DNA of 64,000 nucleotides, taken from positions 89,156,001 through 89,220,000 of the forward strand of contig NC_043005.1 of NCBI RefSeq assembly GCF_006345805.1, read 5' to 3'. This document shows positions 63,939-64,000 of this stretch, piece by piece. The notes beneath the pieces are model-generated. The model was given only the letters and a program-made list of their open reading frames with translations. It made no database searches and was not told the DNA's origin. Within the stretch, counting starts at the first letter, position 1. Every line of letters starts with the position of its first letter. Made by a program: the position numbers and the translations under genes. Source of the stretch: Octopus sinensis. Its lineage: Eukaryota.

Positions 63939-64000
<62 letters not shown>

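Overview
Eukaryotic, AT-rich, repeat-dominated animal DNA. The SINE/LINE families and dense (TA)n/(CA)n/(TAA)n/(GAT)n microsatellites suggest an octopod cephalopod (inference). A 100-N scaffold gap lies at 41219-41318. Host genes: four + strand exons of an SLC22 organic cation transporter-like gene (11099-11202, 19987-20140, 29187-29358, 30189-30401). The second exon is 1 nt short, which frameshifts the spliced product. A GRAMD1/Aster processed retrocopy with two frameshifts lies at 32412-34238, and unidentified candidate exons lie right of the gap. Mobile DNA: a full-length mariner nested in an RTE LINE, Helitron remnants, an R4/Dong-like LINE in (TAA)n carrying a precisely inserted Helitron, CR1/L2-group LINEs, a Penelope-like remnant and several tRNA-derived SINE families. 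Main finding: several unrelated short foldback elements carry minimal type I hammerhead ribozyme folds with palindromic stem III. The clearest (17887-18568) has a tRNA-like head, two inverted hammerheads and an 18-bp target-site duplication. A degenerate HDV-like ribozyme fold lies at 43507-43562. All folds and alignments were done by eye.
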